Source: Octopus vulgaris
Taxonomy: Eukaryota
Length of the DNA stretch: 64,000 nt
Assembly (NCBI GenBank): GCA_951406725.2
Contig: OX597817.1
Location: 96,968,001-97,032,000 of the forward strand
Direction of reading: 5' to 3'
The first letter of the stretch is position 1. Every line of letters starts with the position of its first letter. Made by a program: the position numbers and the translations under genes. This document shows positions 36,991 to 50,238 of this stretch, in pieces. The notes below the pieces were generated by a model that made no database searches, was not told the DNA's origin, and was given only the letters and a program-made list of their open reading frames with translations.

Positions 36991-38681
36991 GTTCCTGCAG
37001 AGTGGAAGAATTTTAGAGGTAAAATTGTCAGGAGGAGAAGAGGAAGAGAAAATTTAGGAGTGGTAGTAAAATGAATTTTTAGAAGAGAGGGAGGTGGGAG
37101 ATAAAGTCAATAGGGGAACATAGTAGTTCTAGGTAAATTTATGATTTATCACATAACAATAAAATTATACATATGCCTAGTCAAATACACATGCATATTT
37201 TCTCTGTGCACCTGTAGTATCCTATAGGTGTGCACATGCACATACATGCCTGTATATTCTCATGGGCTGACAGGAAGATGTCGGGAGATCGTGAGATTAA
37301 GAAAAAATATAAAGGTAGTTAAAAAAGTTGTCTGTTATAAATACATAGAAGAGCTGCAAGTGGGGGTGGGGGGATAGTTATAAAATAGTAGCGAAAGATG
37401 CTATTATTTGTACTTTGATAATGTGTTACATAATCTGTATTTACAATTAAAAATTAGATGGTTCAGTGCATTCAGACAATTGGTGGATTACACAATAGAA
37501 AAGATTTCCACAATACATTTGTTGTTATAACCATTATACAGTTTAGTATGGGTAACAATGGACCATTTTAAATTATAAAGAATTGAATTTTGTTTTAGGT
37601 TATGAATTAGCCAAGATAAAGAAGTGCTTTTTGGGATTTGAAGCTAGAATAGTGATTACCTACTCTGACCTCGAAGGTGGTGCTTCACAAGCCAATGTAT
37701 ACAAATTAGAATTATCATTTGATACTGTGCATTTGTATATAATATTTTTTTGTGAGAAATCTATTATCTAAAGGATAGGAGGTGGGTGTCTACAGCTGCA
37801 TAGGATTCTAGAAGGTGCTAAACTGGAATTTACGGGGTTATGATGATCTAGGGTTCACCTGGTGTTATATTCATTATCTGCTGCAGTGTTAGGATTGGTA
37901 TTTTTAGGGTGGTTAGGGAGTCATCTGGTGGATGTAGCTTATAATACTTCTCATGTCTAATGATACTATTCCTATCATTGCCTTTTTCAGTGGTGGGTGT
38001 AGTGGGGTTATAAGGTTGGTTAAGGGTATTGAGAGGAGTTATAGAATTAGGGTTGGTGGTGTCAGGGTCAATAGTGGTGTGAAGGTCTGTATTGGTAAGG
38101 AGGTTTAAGGATGTCCTAGGGCTATGCTTGGGAAACTGGAGGTTAGGGTGAGTTGTGTTGCTGCCATTGCTGGTTCCCAAGTTTCTCATTGTTCAGACGT
38201 CAGATTATACCAGCAATGTTATTGGGAATTGAAAAGTTTTCTAAGAGAACTGAACTTAGAGAAATGTTTTCCAAGTAGAGTAAAGAAGAGCTTGAGTACT
38301 CTGGTCTGAACATTAAAAGCAGTAGTAGAGGGTAACCCAGATATTGTCACATGTCTTGGTCTACTTATTCCAGTTTAGGGGGTTACCCAAGTATAGCTTG
38401 CAATATAGAGGTGTACATTAGTATGGATTTTGATGGGCAGTGGTGGATTTGGGAACTAGAATCACAGGATGGGAGGTGTGCCTATTAGATTTACAACTAC
38501 AGTAAAATTTGGGAGGATAGACGAAGGGTGGAATACAGGGAATACTTTGTGTTTTATCTAAAGGGACAGATGTATCTGTTATGCCAGTTTTAGTGGAGGA
38601 AGGATCACTCCATATAGGGATGTATTCATTGCAAACACACACAAAGACTGGAACATATCTTTTTTGTCTTCTATTGAAAAG

Positions 38682-38834
38682 GGTCAAGCAACAAGGGTGA
38701 AAATTATGGAAATGCTTGTCAGAATAAAATCAGTACCTACCACTCCAGAAATAATAGCCTTTTTATTGAATTCTTTTTAAAAGAGGAAACTGATAAGGCA
38801 GGATTTATAGGCAGCATCCAAAGTGAAGAACCAG
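38682..38834 (+). CDS. Host gene exon F: CUB1 end (GSSNKGENYGNACQNKISTYHSRNNSLFIEFFLKEETDKAGFIGSIQSEEP), phase 1 to 1
   Basis: Acceptor tttttgtcttctattgaaaag, donor CAG/GTAAAT. CUB C-terminal pattern GxxC...SxxNxLxIxF...GF. Confidence 0.8.
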
Positions 38835-39510
38835 GTAAATAGAGAATTTTCCCTTCTGAAATTTTTTTCTGAATTTTTAAAAGTTCTTACCTAAATATCA
38901 TCTTTAAGAGAAATTGATCATGTGTTCCAGACCACCTGAGAAATTTCTAATGTTATTGAATATGAGGCCTGGATAACCGCAGAAGAAAACAATGGGAACT
39001 AGAAAGAAACCGTCAAGACAAGTCAGGAATCCATAGAGCATCTTTCTTGATACCAAATTAAGACACTATCATCACTCAAACACTTGAAAATATGAAAGAG
39101 TAATCATAGTGGGCATTTTCAAACAAGAAATACCAACTGCTTGATTCTGTTTCATTTACTATGGTTTCACTAGTTCTGCCAATTATAAATATCAATGTAA
39201 ACTGTTTCAAGCAAGGATTTATAAAACCTCAGTTTCTTTCCTAATCAAGGTGTAGAAAACATTTGGTAAGGATGGGATATCTCTGAGATCTAGAAGACAG
39301 AAATATAATCACTAAACTTGTCAACTAGATAGTTTGATGCAATTTTGAACCTTGTCCTTCTGACTCAGGTATGGTTGTCATCGCCATCATCATCCTCATC
39401 ATCCTTGTCACCACCACCACCACCATCATCATCATCATTATCATATTTAACATAGCAATCTAGAAGAAAATTTAAGAAAGAAATATATTTTTCTGTTCTC
39501 TTATGAAAAG

Positions 39511-39543
39511 GTATCCAAACATTAAGAAATAGTGTACTCAATG
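39511..39543 (+). CDS. Possible optional 33-nt linker exon (GIQTLRNSVLN), phase 1 to 1
   Basis: Acceptor ttttctgttctcttatgaaaag, donor ATG/GTAGGC. Preserves frame but is not required by the model. Confidence 0.3.
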
Positions 39544-41903
39544 GTAGGCTTCATCACCAAGCTGTGAGTTAACAGTTTAAGAATATCTTAACATTACCTG
39601 CTCATTTATTTTCAATTGACTATGCTTGCTCTAAATTTTTCACTCGTGTTGTACAAAGAATCTATACACCTATGTAATTTAAGATATAATTATTTCAGGG
39701 AGATATTTAGAAGGGGTTTCCTTATGGTTGTTTATGATTATTTATAAAAGATTTAATTTCTCTGATTTTCCTTTAAATTTTTTACAAACACATCTAAGAA
39801 AAGGTTAATACAATTTTTATTTATGTTAATGTTTCAAGAATTATATTGCATAAATCCTAGTTAAAAAATAATGAAAAACATTTCTTTATAAACATAGGGA
39901 AAGAATATAATAGCAGTATTACACACACTCATAAAATATAGAAGTACAGTGAGATTTGATAGTTGGATCTAGTCCACATTCAAGTTTGGTGATGTGCCCT
40001 GATTATCAGCTTGCAGCAATATCATGCCATATAGAAATTAGTGAAATGTTATATGACTTTTTCACATGCTTTTCTCAGCATCAAAGGCAGTGTCATGTCA
40101 AGAATAATGGCAGAGGTTTGTGAGCCACCTGAGGACACATCTTCACCTCTTCCCAGGCAACACCAAGAGATAAGAGACAATTTCAGGCTGTCCAGTGCTA
40201 AATGTGTATAATAATGATGTTCACTGTCCACTTTGGTTACCAATTCATTGCTAAAAATAACAGTCTAATTAGCTATGCAAGTGATACACAGCCATCAACA
40301 GGAAAATAACTCAGCAACAAACTTCAAAATGACAGAAAGCTAACAACCAGATAACCTCACTGCTCTACTACCACACTTTCATAACTGCAATGAAAACATC
40401 AACAGTATAACAGTTTTTTATTGGCAAAACCAAGAAATGGTGACTAGAATTGACAGTTGGCATGGAGACCAAACAGTAAAACCAGCTTACAGCCAATGAA
40501 TCAAAAAATGAAATGCAATCAAGCAACTTTTCACATACATGATTTCACAGAATAGGCTCTCAAGGACTCTTTCTTTACATGTACCTATTTTCTTTAGATT
40601 TAGTACCATTCATCCAGTAGATTTACATTTCATTCATTTAAAAGACAAAATAATTGCACTTCTACCAACTTCCTTTGTTTTCATGCTAGCACATTTTATA
40701 ACTTTGCAAAGTCATGTTTAAAGCTAATCCTGTATTTTATTTTTTTTCCACGGACCCACTTATAGATGATTTTGTGCACATTATTTATTGCAGACACATT
40801 TCAATTTACAGTTTCTCACATATGCATGCCTGTTTCATGGTATTCTAAATTTCTCTGGCTGTTTTCACACCAGCCATCATACATTCACACTACACACTTG
40901 TAGTGGATATGTGTGTATGTAAACAAATACATAAACCGTTTCATGATTAAAAGGAAGTTATTTACAGGGTTATAGGTACACTACATACAAATGTAAGCAA
41001 ATGCTACGAATTGCTTGTATAGAGCACATATTAGAAATGAATATGTTTGTGTGTGTGTGCGTGTTTCATTCGAAACAGTAGTCGATCAGCACTGTGAGCA
41101 TTTCTCTCTGTCTCTGTCGTCTGCCAAAAACTTGGGGCGTAGATAGATCTATTTCATCTCCCATCTCTGCTACGATTGTTCGCTTCTCTGTTTCAACCTT
41201 GTATTTATAATATTTGTGACAGCTAGAAAGACAGTCATATCGTAGCAGAGACAGTGCTTATTTAGGTCAGCACTTGTCCAGTTGAACTGAGCCTGACATG
41301 GCCGAGGTCACAGGCATTTTCACAAAGAAGGAACACAAACCATGCTTATTGTACCCTGCTTTCAGCCAGATACTTTTCTCAATGGAAATTTATAGTCATG
41401 TTCCACATAGAACATATTTAAATGGCTTGATGAATTCAGCATTTCACTTAAGTTTCCTTCGGGATAAACAGCACCTACACAAGCAGAACTATTTGCATAT
41501 CAATGGAAATTTTATGTAATAGTAGTAATAATGATAGTTATAATTTTCTCCTACATTTTCTCTTTACCTATTGCTAATATTATTAGGCTGATGTGGTGAG
41601 ATCTAGAATCAAAACCATACAACCCTGATAGTTGGGTCCAGTCTACATTCAGGTCAGACAACCTTTTGTGATTATCAACCAAATAGGTTGCCACAATATC
41701 ACATCATATAGAACTTAGTTAAATGCTCTATGACTTTTTTTGCACACTTTTCTCTGTATTAAAGCAGTTTAACACCAAGAGTAACTGCAGAGTTTGAGAG
41801 CCACCTCTTGCGTGCCAAGCAACACTAAGTTTTCCTTTGATGAATGTAGTTCAAATAGAAAGAATTCTTCTTTACAATCACAAACCAACTCCTTCCAGCA
41901 GCT

Positions 41904-44900
41904 TGGGTCTTATTAATCATTACTATGCTTGTTTCTTGTGCATGGGAAATGAAAAGAGGTTCACCTACCTTCTTCTCATCAATGCCTGTTTAGCAGTAAT
42001 CTCTCCGACGATTCTGCCCTACCCTTGTCACCCAGTATAAGTACCTGCTATCTTTCCAACCTGGGAGTGAATTCCTTAATGTCCATTCGCGACAAAAAGA
42101 GGCCGATTCTCACCTCTCTCTCCCCACTTCTCCTCTCGTGCTTCCTCTTCTGGTCAGCCTCTTGACCATTGACATCATGACCCTCTTCTTCTGGTTCATC
42201 CCTACATGCCCCCCCCCCACTGATCTCAAAGATCACCTCCTCCCTTCACTCCATGTCGAAATCTAGCACCCACCTTGGTGGGCACCTTGCATGTTCTGAT
42301 CTTCTTAAGCTGGGAACCTCATTCTCTTCCTCTTCTCCACAATCATCATCCGACGAAGCAACAATCCTATGAACATCTAAGATGTGACACAGCATTCCAT
42401 CCACAGAAATGTTGTTTTGGGAATTGACAGCCATCACTATTCCTCTGTTCCACTGAGTTGTGCAGCATGTCTTTGGTGGCTTGACCCAGACTTCATCTCT
42501 CACTGCCACAAAGGGCCCTCTCTCTTCTTCAGGGAATCCTGATGGCTTACTTGGATGCTGCCATTCATATTTGAATATTGCTCAATGTGGCATGGACTCT
42601 TCAGCCTGTCCTAATCAGGGTGACACATTGTACCAGAATACTGCTTCCAGCGGTGAGATGTGTCCCCTCTCTGCCATGGCCTTGATCATTTGGTGATGTC
42701 TTTCCACGATCCCATTTCCACTCAGCCTGTATGCCACTCTGAAAAAGCAGTGCACTTTTCGCCTGTCAAGCATTTCCTTCAGCACCTCCAAACAAAACAC
42801 TGTGCTGTTGTCCATCAGCAATTCATTCACAGGGCCCCACTCTAAGAATACCTCATTTAAAATATGTACCATCACATCTGCAGTGTCTGCCCTCAATTCC
42901 CTCCAAATGGCCATCCGGCCTGGCCCACAGTCAAGAATCATGAGATACGTCCCCTGCCAGTAGTGTGTCGCATCCACTGCCAGTCATCTCCAGTTGTGCT
43001 CTACTGAAATGTTTCCCTACTCATGCACACTCTGAGCAGGGTTGATGGATTGACACCTGTCATAGTTCCCGACCACCTTTTGGATGCTCTGTCTAGTAAT
43101 GTTGGCAACAATCCTCCTGGTAAGATACAGGGTCCTATCCACACCCGTATGATGCACGGCATGTAGTCTCCTTAGTTCAGAGTCAGTTAACCAACACACT
43201 ACAGCTACCCCTTGTTTTGATTCTTCCAGCTCCCCTAACCAGGCCTTTCTCACCCTGGTTAGAACGTCTACCTTGTTTATCTCTGAAAGCACAGAGACCA
43301 TATACAGCTTCAGGCCACACTTGGCAACCAGCTTTCCTAGAACCCCTAGGTGATGCTTCACTAACATTTCTGCTGCCCCTTTGGTTCAAACCCTCTTCTC
43401 ATTGGTGATCACCGATCCTACCCAGCCAAGCATGGTGGTCAAATCCATCCAGATTTCGAGGGAGCACAGACCCCCATCTCAAGGCCAAATTCACTCCTTT
43501 CAGCACTGCGTCCAACTCAGTGGTTGTAATTGTCTGCTTTTTGAAGCCAGGCCGCATCCTCCACTTTGACACCTCTGATTTCCAGCACAACTCCTATTGC
43601 AATGCTACTAGCATCACACCATATGGTCCCGTTATCCGATTTGAGCAAATACCAGTTCCCTCTGACTGGGTCTTCTGCTCTCATCCTTTTTAGGATTTCC
43701 TGCATCATCACCACCATCCCCTCTCCCACTTTGTCACCCCAGTTCTCCCCTTCTGCTCATCTCTTGGTATAACTGCATGCTGTATGTAGCCACCCTATGA
43801 TTGGGTAGTGACCTACTAATTTCCTGCACATTGAGAACAGTTCTCTCCTGCTGACATTGGCACCCAGCTCTGGGATCTCATTCCCCCTCTGAAATACCAA
43901 AACGCCTTTTCTGTTTCTTTGAAGTTTCAGCTCCAGTGCAGCTCCTCCAGCTATTGACTCCAGTGACTTCACAATCAACTTGAATTTCTTCAGATGTCTC
44001 ACAACCTCTGCCACAGCTGCTACAGTCTTGTCCACTATGATGTCATCTATATAGGAATTGGTGGCCCTTCATATCCTATCCACATTTCCCAGGATAGATT
44101 TGAGCACTGTCACTATGATCTTCAGTGCAGAATACAAGCGGAAACCCAGCCTTTTCAGACAATATTTCAGGCCCATGTATTGCACCAGCTGCAAATATGC
44201 TGACTTCAAGTTGACAATCGTCGCTGCTTTAGTTGACTGTCTCTATACGTGCAGTGCCTCACTGCAGACGTCAGTTGCCTTGCCACCTGTGTGGCACGAT
44301 ACATGGCCATTCATCTCCCAAAAGTCCAGTACCGGTCTGACTTTGCCCTTTGTTGGCTGCACCACTGCCATTAGTGGTAACACTCTGCTCACCACCCCCT
44401 CCTTCCACGGGATAAGGATACCTTCCTTAATCCACCTCTCTACCTCTTCTTGAAACTCCCTTCTGGCATGTCTTTTCAGGGTATGCTGGTAGCAGCTCAC
44501 CCTGTTCTTCAGCATCAGGGGCGCCTCTTTCTAGATGTGGTTTTGCTTGCTGTCACTTTCAAGAAGTTCAATTTCGTCCATTCCCAATCACCACATCAAT
44601 CCGATCTAATCTATCACCTGGTCAATCACGATTGCCCGCAGCTTTAATGTTGTGCCTCACACCACTATCTCCATGTTGCTGCTACCCTTGCATTCAATTT
44701 CGCTGCCATCAACCGCCTGAACACTACTCACCCACTTCCATTTCTTTGTCACCCTCAGGTGACAAAGAAATGCAGCCTATGTTCACAAGGGCCTTGAATG
44801 TATTTCCCCCAACCATGACCTCAATTTTGAGCAGTGGCTGCACAAGTACCTCTACTCATTCGCGGGGGAAGTTTAGAGGCAGCAACTTCCCTGTAGCCGT

Positions 44901-45911
44901 TTCCCTGGCTGCAATTTTGGGCAATATGCCCAGTCTGTCTGCACTGGTAGCAAACTGGTCTAGCAAACTGCACAGTCCCTCACCATGTGTGGTCCCTGGC
45001 ACTAGCCTGTGAACAACCACTGTCATTCCACAGTAGGTTTCTTTTCATCTTTCAATGGCCACCATGCAGCGTCGTGGGCTTCTGCAACTGCCATCACCAC
45101 TGCCTTCCACCAAGAGTTTTGTGTCAAATGCAGGCTTGAATGATGAGCTCACTCATCGCTTTTTTGTTGCCACCTGGTGATTGTTGTAGCTGCACCAACA
45201 CATTGTCAGGAAAGCCATTCACAAAAGCCAGTGATGCTACTTTCTCTAGACCCTCTCCACTGAGATTAGATAGCACAGCCAGCCTCTGTACCTCTGCAGC
45301 ATATTTTTCAACCTGTTCCCCTGCCCATCTGACCATTCTCAGCTTAGCAAAAATGGTGTACTCTCCCTCTGTATAAGCCTCACTCAAGCACTGCTTGATC
45401 TTTGCCCCGCTCAGTTGTTCTTCTTCATTGATTTTGAGGTACAGTGCCAGCACGCTCCCCTCCCAATTTCAGCACCATGAGGCTTGCTACGTTTTCGATG
45501 CCTTGTAGCCTGGCCACAGCTTTGACCTTTTTGAATCTAAGCTACTACGTCTCCTTCATCATAGAGAGGTCTGATGACATCACTGCTGATCCTTATCTTT
45601 GCTGTTAGGGGACCATGATATCTATATATGATTGCCAAAATAGCTTGTCGTGCATGGGAAATGAAAAGAGGTTCACCTACCTTCTTCTCATCGACACCTG
45701 ACTAGCAGTAATCTCTCTGTCACTCAGTATAAGCAGCTGCTATCTGACCAACCCGGGAGTGAATTCCCTAACGTCTGTTCACGATGCCTCCAGTGAGCAA
45801 AAAGAGGCTGACGCCTGCCTCTCTCATCCCACTTGCCTTCTTGCACTTCCTCTTCTGGTCATCCCCTTGACCATTGACATCATGACCCTATTTTTCCTGC
45901 TCATCCTCACA
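41904..45911 (-). mobile_element. Decayed, compact (~4 kb) Gypsy-type LTR retrotransposon with both LTRs (~41904-42206 and 45616-45911)
   Basis: Both LTRs share GTGCATGGGAAATGAAAAGAGGTTCACCTACCTTCTTCTCATC. Minus-strand PBS-like TGGTCCCCTAACAGC (45601-45615) and poly-G PPT at 42209-42218. Motifs KVRPVLDF, WCDASSIAIG, MDNSTVF, GNGIVERHH. Confidence 0.88.
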
Positions 45912-46433
45912 TTTCTAATCTCCTATAGTCATTAGAAGTTTATATTCAATTGCTCTCCTGTTAAAACAGCAATGCATAACAATGCACAAGTGAACCAATG
46001 ACAATGGTGCCGACTAATCATTCCAGCATGACAGAAGTAGACTATGTTTATTGTTTTCTATAAATATATGATAGCTATATGTACCCAGCATTGCTCATAT
46101 AAATTAATACCTGTTTGAAAATCATGCTGTACAATCAATCTTGCATAATGTTGTCCTAAATACATATATCTGACAAAAAGAAGAGATGGTCATGGCTTGA
46201 TCAAGGCTGACTTGGTGCTAAACAACAATATGCTGCAGGAATGATTTCAAATGTACACAATCTTTCATACATAGCTATACATTTATTTCTATTGTATTTT
46301 ATATTTGATATAAAGATACACTGAGTGTTAGTTTTGTATCTGAGTGTGTCTTGATACCTGTGATCATTGAAGTAACAAATACACATATACACACACATTT
46401 CTATTTGTAAAATTCCTTATTCTTCCATTGCAG

Positions 46434-46518
46434 AATGTAAAGAACCCTACAACAAATTTATAAATGGAGGAGAAAGTGGATATATACAACCACCATATAA
46501 TAACATTATATTGATAAC
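46434..46518 (+). CDS. Host gene exon G: start of CUB2 (ECKEPYNKFINGGESGYIQPPYNNIILIT), phase 1 to 2
   Basis: Acceptor ttcttccattgcag, donor GTAAGT. CUB N-terminal pattern C...SGYIxxP. Confidence 0.85.
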
Positions 46519-46915
46519 GTAAGTTACTTCCAGCTTCAGAGTATGTGTTTAATAATTTTTACATGCAATATGACATACCCTTTATCCTATGACATAATAT
46601 GCTACAACATACTTCCACAATATGCTATGCATGACACACACCATATTGCATATATTTGCAATAATAACACTAATAGTAGTGCATTATCCCTTTCCGTTGC
46701 GTACCTTCTTATCCAACAATATGTGGTCTGCACATGGTCTGCATTTATAATTTTACCACTGTGTTATCCTTTATCAAGACAATTTTCACTAGCTCAATCT
46801 ACTTATTTTGGTTAAAAGGTGCCAAAGAGGCTTGTAGCTTACTGCTATAAGCAGTTGTTGCAAATAATGATTGGTTTGTAGACTTGCTGGTTTTTACTTC
46901 TACCATGACTAAAGT

Positions 46916-47110
46916 TTAACCCTTTATCATTTAATCCAGCCATATCTGTCCCAAATATTCTACTTGTTTCATATTAAAATGAACCAATCTCTCACACCTA
47001 CCTTACAATGTCATTTTAAAAATATACAAACACACCATTGAAATCTCAAAATTACAAGAGAATGCATGATTAATTCAAAACAATGTGGATAAATAGACAT
47101 TACAATTGAC
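46916..47110. mobile_element. Truncated MITE with a piggyBac-like end
   Basis: Begins TTAA-CCCTTT. Non-coding; the other end is not evident. Confidence 0.4.
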
Positions 47111-47297
47111 AAGCAGCACGCTCCTGATTGCTGCACAAACAAGTAAGTTAGATTTTTCTTTTCTTTTTTTTTTATCACACTTACACATAAGTAAATACTT
47201 ATTGATTGATTAGAAACATTAATTCTATTTTTGCTTTCAAATGATTTTCTTTGACAGACGAAAGTTAGTTTGCTTACAATTTCTCTTCTTATTGTAG

Positions 47298-47398
47298 TCC
47301 ACTAAAATGCCAATGGGCCCTAACAACTAACAGTAGTCACGTTTTTCAAATAAATTTGGTTAAGTTTGAAGAGTTGAGTTACCTTGATATCTATGATG
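47298..47398 (+). CDS. Host gene exon H: CUB2 middle (PLKCQWALTTNSSHVFQINLVKFEELSYLDIYDG), phase 2 to 1
   Basis: Acceptor ttctcttcttattgtag, donor G/GTGTGT. Classic CUB motifs CxW and YLxIYDG. Confidence 0.88.
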
Positions 47399-47550
47399 GT
47401 GTGTATTTCTTATATCCAATATCTGTATAATTCGTCTTTTATTATGAAACTTTGTAATTGTTTGACTTCTGTCTCAAGACAACATTTTTGTGACCTTTGT
47501 ATGATATTAGCATTATTTGAGAAGTGTCTGATGCTGCTGAATTTGATATA

Positions 47551-47968
47551 CTCTTTTACTCTTTTACTTGTTTCTGTCATTTGACTGTGGCCATGCTGGA
47601 GCACCGCCTTTAGTCGAGCAACTCGACCCCAGGACTTATTCTTTGTAAGCCTAGTACTTATTTTATCGGTCTCTTTTGCCGAACCGCTAAGTGACGGGGA
47701 CATAAACACACCAGCATCGGTTGTCAAGCAATGCTAGGGGGACAAACACAGACACACAAACACACACGCACACACACACATATATATATATATATACATA
47801 TATATGACGGGCTTCTTTCAGTTTCCGTCTACCAAATCCACTCACAAGGCTTTGGTCGGCCCGAGGCTATAGTAGAAGACACTTGCCCAAGGTGCCACGT
47901 GGTGGGACTGAACCTGGAACCATGTGGTTAGTAAGCAAGCTACTTACCACACAGCCACTCCTGCGCCT
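47551..47968 (-). mobile_element. tRNA-derived bipartite SINE
   Basis: Near-identical reverse complement of 13510-13910. Confidence 0.88.
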
Positions 47969-48659
47969 TTATTTTTATACCTGTGTCTACTGCTGACATG
48001 GCTTGATACTTTTGGTTAGGTTTAATTTATTTAATAACTAGCAGTATCACCTGGCATTGCTAGGGTTTGTTTCGACCCTTTAAAATTGGAATGTATATAT
48101 ATATATATATAATTTACAAAATAAGGGCAAAAGAAAAATTCAAATGCCAAATATGCCGAAAAAAAGACAAAAAATGTCAATAACCATTATAATTTATGCG
48201 TCTCGAAACAAACCGATAGAAATTTCTAAAAAATCCGTTATTACTATATTGGTCCCAATTTCGGGGTCAATTCATATGAATTTTCCTCTCTTCAGCGATA
48301 AATACTTGAGATATTTTATCCTACATTAGTTATAAATTGAATAGTGTTCACTTCCGGATTCTCTCACTCTGTGAAAGTTTCTAGTTCAAATCATACGTGT
48401 CTCGAGATGTGCCGAAGATTTTCTATTTTGGATATATTTGGAGTACTTAGGTGTGCTCGGGACTTGGTACTTGCTTTTTCCATGGGTATGAGTAAGTATT
48501 TCACTTATATCTCACGTATTTATCGCTGAAGAGGGGAAAATTCGTCCGAATTGACCCCGATATTGGGACCAAGTAGAAATGAAAAATTGCAGCAGAGACA
48601 ATAAAGGCATTCAAGGTTAAGACATGGAAGACTTTAGGGTTAAGCTGGACTCCAAATTT

Positions 48660-49030
48660 ACATCAGTCACCTGCTACAATAATCAACTCTCTGTCACTTG
48701 TCATCAACTAGTTTGCAAAAAGAATTTTTAAAAATTGGTCCTTCTGATTATCTACCAGCCCAATTTGTGGAGTATAGGCAGAAAAAAAAAATATATTGTA
48801 GACTAGTCTCAGCTTCACTATCCTGTCACACACTCTGGCTTCAATTACTATATCTACCCATCTTTCTATCAAAAGTTTGCCTACACCCATCCCATCACTA
48901 CCACCCACTTCTGTTCTTTGCCCATGTGAGGTTCCCCTCCATCTTACCTCTTGCACACATCACACATCTAGACACCTTCACTTCTACTAAAAGTGGTAGC
49001 CCTAAAGTTATACACTTAGAAAGAAGAGTG
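48660..49030 (-). mobile_element. LINE apurinic endonuclease fragment
   Basis: MQEVRWRG, GVGKLL, FFSAYTPQIGL, IVAGD. Confidence 0.7.
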
Positions 49031-49899
49031 GGAAGACAGTTGGGGGACTATCATCAGCACCTGAAAAGAAGATTTGTGAAAACACTCACCAGCGAGTACA
49101 GGACTTTTGTACATGGCTAATTTATTCAATAAATATCAATTTCCTCAGTACCACAAACCATCTAAGGCAAGAGCCAGCAAAGAGAAACAAGGAAAGATTG
49201 GGTAGATTTCAGGCAAGCCAGAAGAAAAAAGAAGAAGGAAGGTGAAAGGGGGTTATATAGCAAAGATTGATATGTATATTTGTAACCATACACACATATG
49301 TATACATCCTCCATTTATGAATACACACATTTACACATGTACATGTATGCAACTCACATACCATACATGTATGTAAACATGTGGTGGATAAAGGGAATAC
49401 ATCCAAATATTGTATTTAATAATAGAGAAGGAAGAGGTGAGTTGCCAGAAGAGTAAATTCATGTTTTTTCAATCAGCTATGCTAGCAGGGGAAGGGGTAG
49501 ATACGGGTTAGAAAGGTGGTGCAGGCTACTGTGAACTCTACATGACTCTATTGAAATTATTATTTAGACTTTATAAAATAATTTTTGTGATTTTTTATTG
49601 TAACTTTTAAATACAATTAATGCTACTAGAAATTTGAAATCTATAAAAATATTTTAGCAAATATGTACAAAATGTGGTTAATCTCTATAGTAATATATCA
49701 CATGAAAATTTTAAAACAAGTGGGAGAAATGAAATCTACACCTTGCATGGCTTCTGCCATTAGCTGTGATTAAGAAAGGAAATGTAAAAACTTTGACAAA
49801 AGAAGTTACATATTTACAACAGAAAATAAACAGTCTAGTTTCAGCCAAATGATTAATATCATAGAAAACTACCTCCAGATATGTGTGTGTGATGGGGTG

Positions 49900-50217
49900 A
49901 AGGCATGTGGCTTAGTGGTTAGGATATTTGGCTCATGATAGTAAGGTCATGAGTTCAATTCCCAGTGATGCATTGTGTCCTTGAGCAAGACACTTTATCT
50001 TACATTGCTCCAGTCCATTCAGCTGCAAAAATGAGTAACACCTGTATTTCAAAGGCCAACCTTGTCATGCTGTGTCACACTGAATCTGGCTAAGAACTAC
50101 ATTAAGGGTATATGTGTCTGTGGAATGCTCAGTCACATGCATGTTAATTTCACAAGCAGACTGTTCCATTGATTGGATCAACTGGAACCCTTGTTTTTGT
50201 AACTGATAAAGTGCCAG
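49900..50217 (+). mobile_element. tRNA-derived SINE, second family; another copy at ~55815-56030
   Basis: GGCATGTGGCTTAGTGGTTAGG...GAGTTCAATTCCC, then GTGTCCTTGAGCAAGACACTT. Confidence 0.75.
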
Positions 50218-50238
50218 ATATATATATATATATATATA

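Noticed and set aside
37750-38400. Possible PLE RT N-terminal relic on the minus strand (TEKGN and AVDT-like pieces); similar decayed DNA at 12870-13260 and 62830-63400
   Set aside because: Too degenerate to support as a feature without a profile search.
47127-47152. Micro-exon candidate ending AA/GTAAGT
   Set aside because: No polypyrimidine tract, the acceptor derives from a MITE edge, and 26 nt would break the frame.
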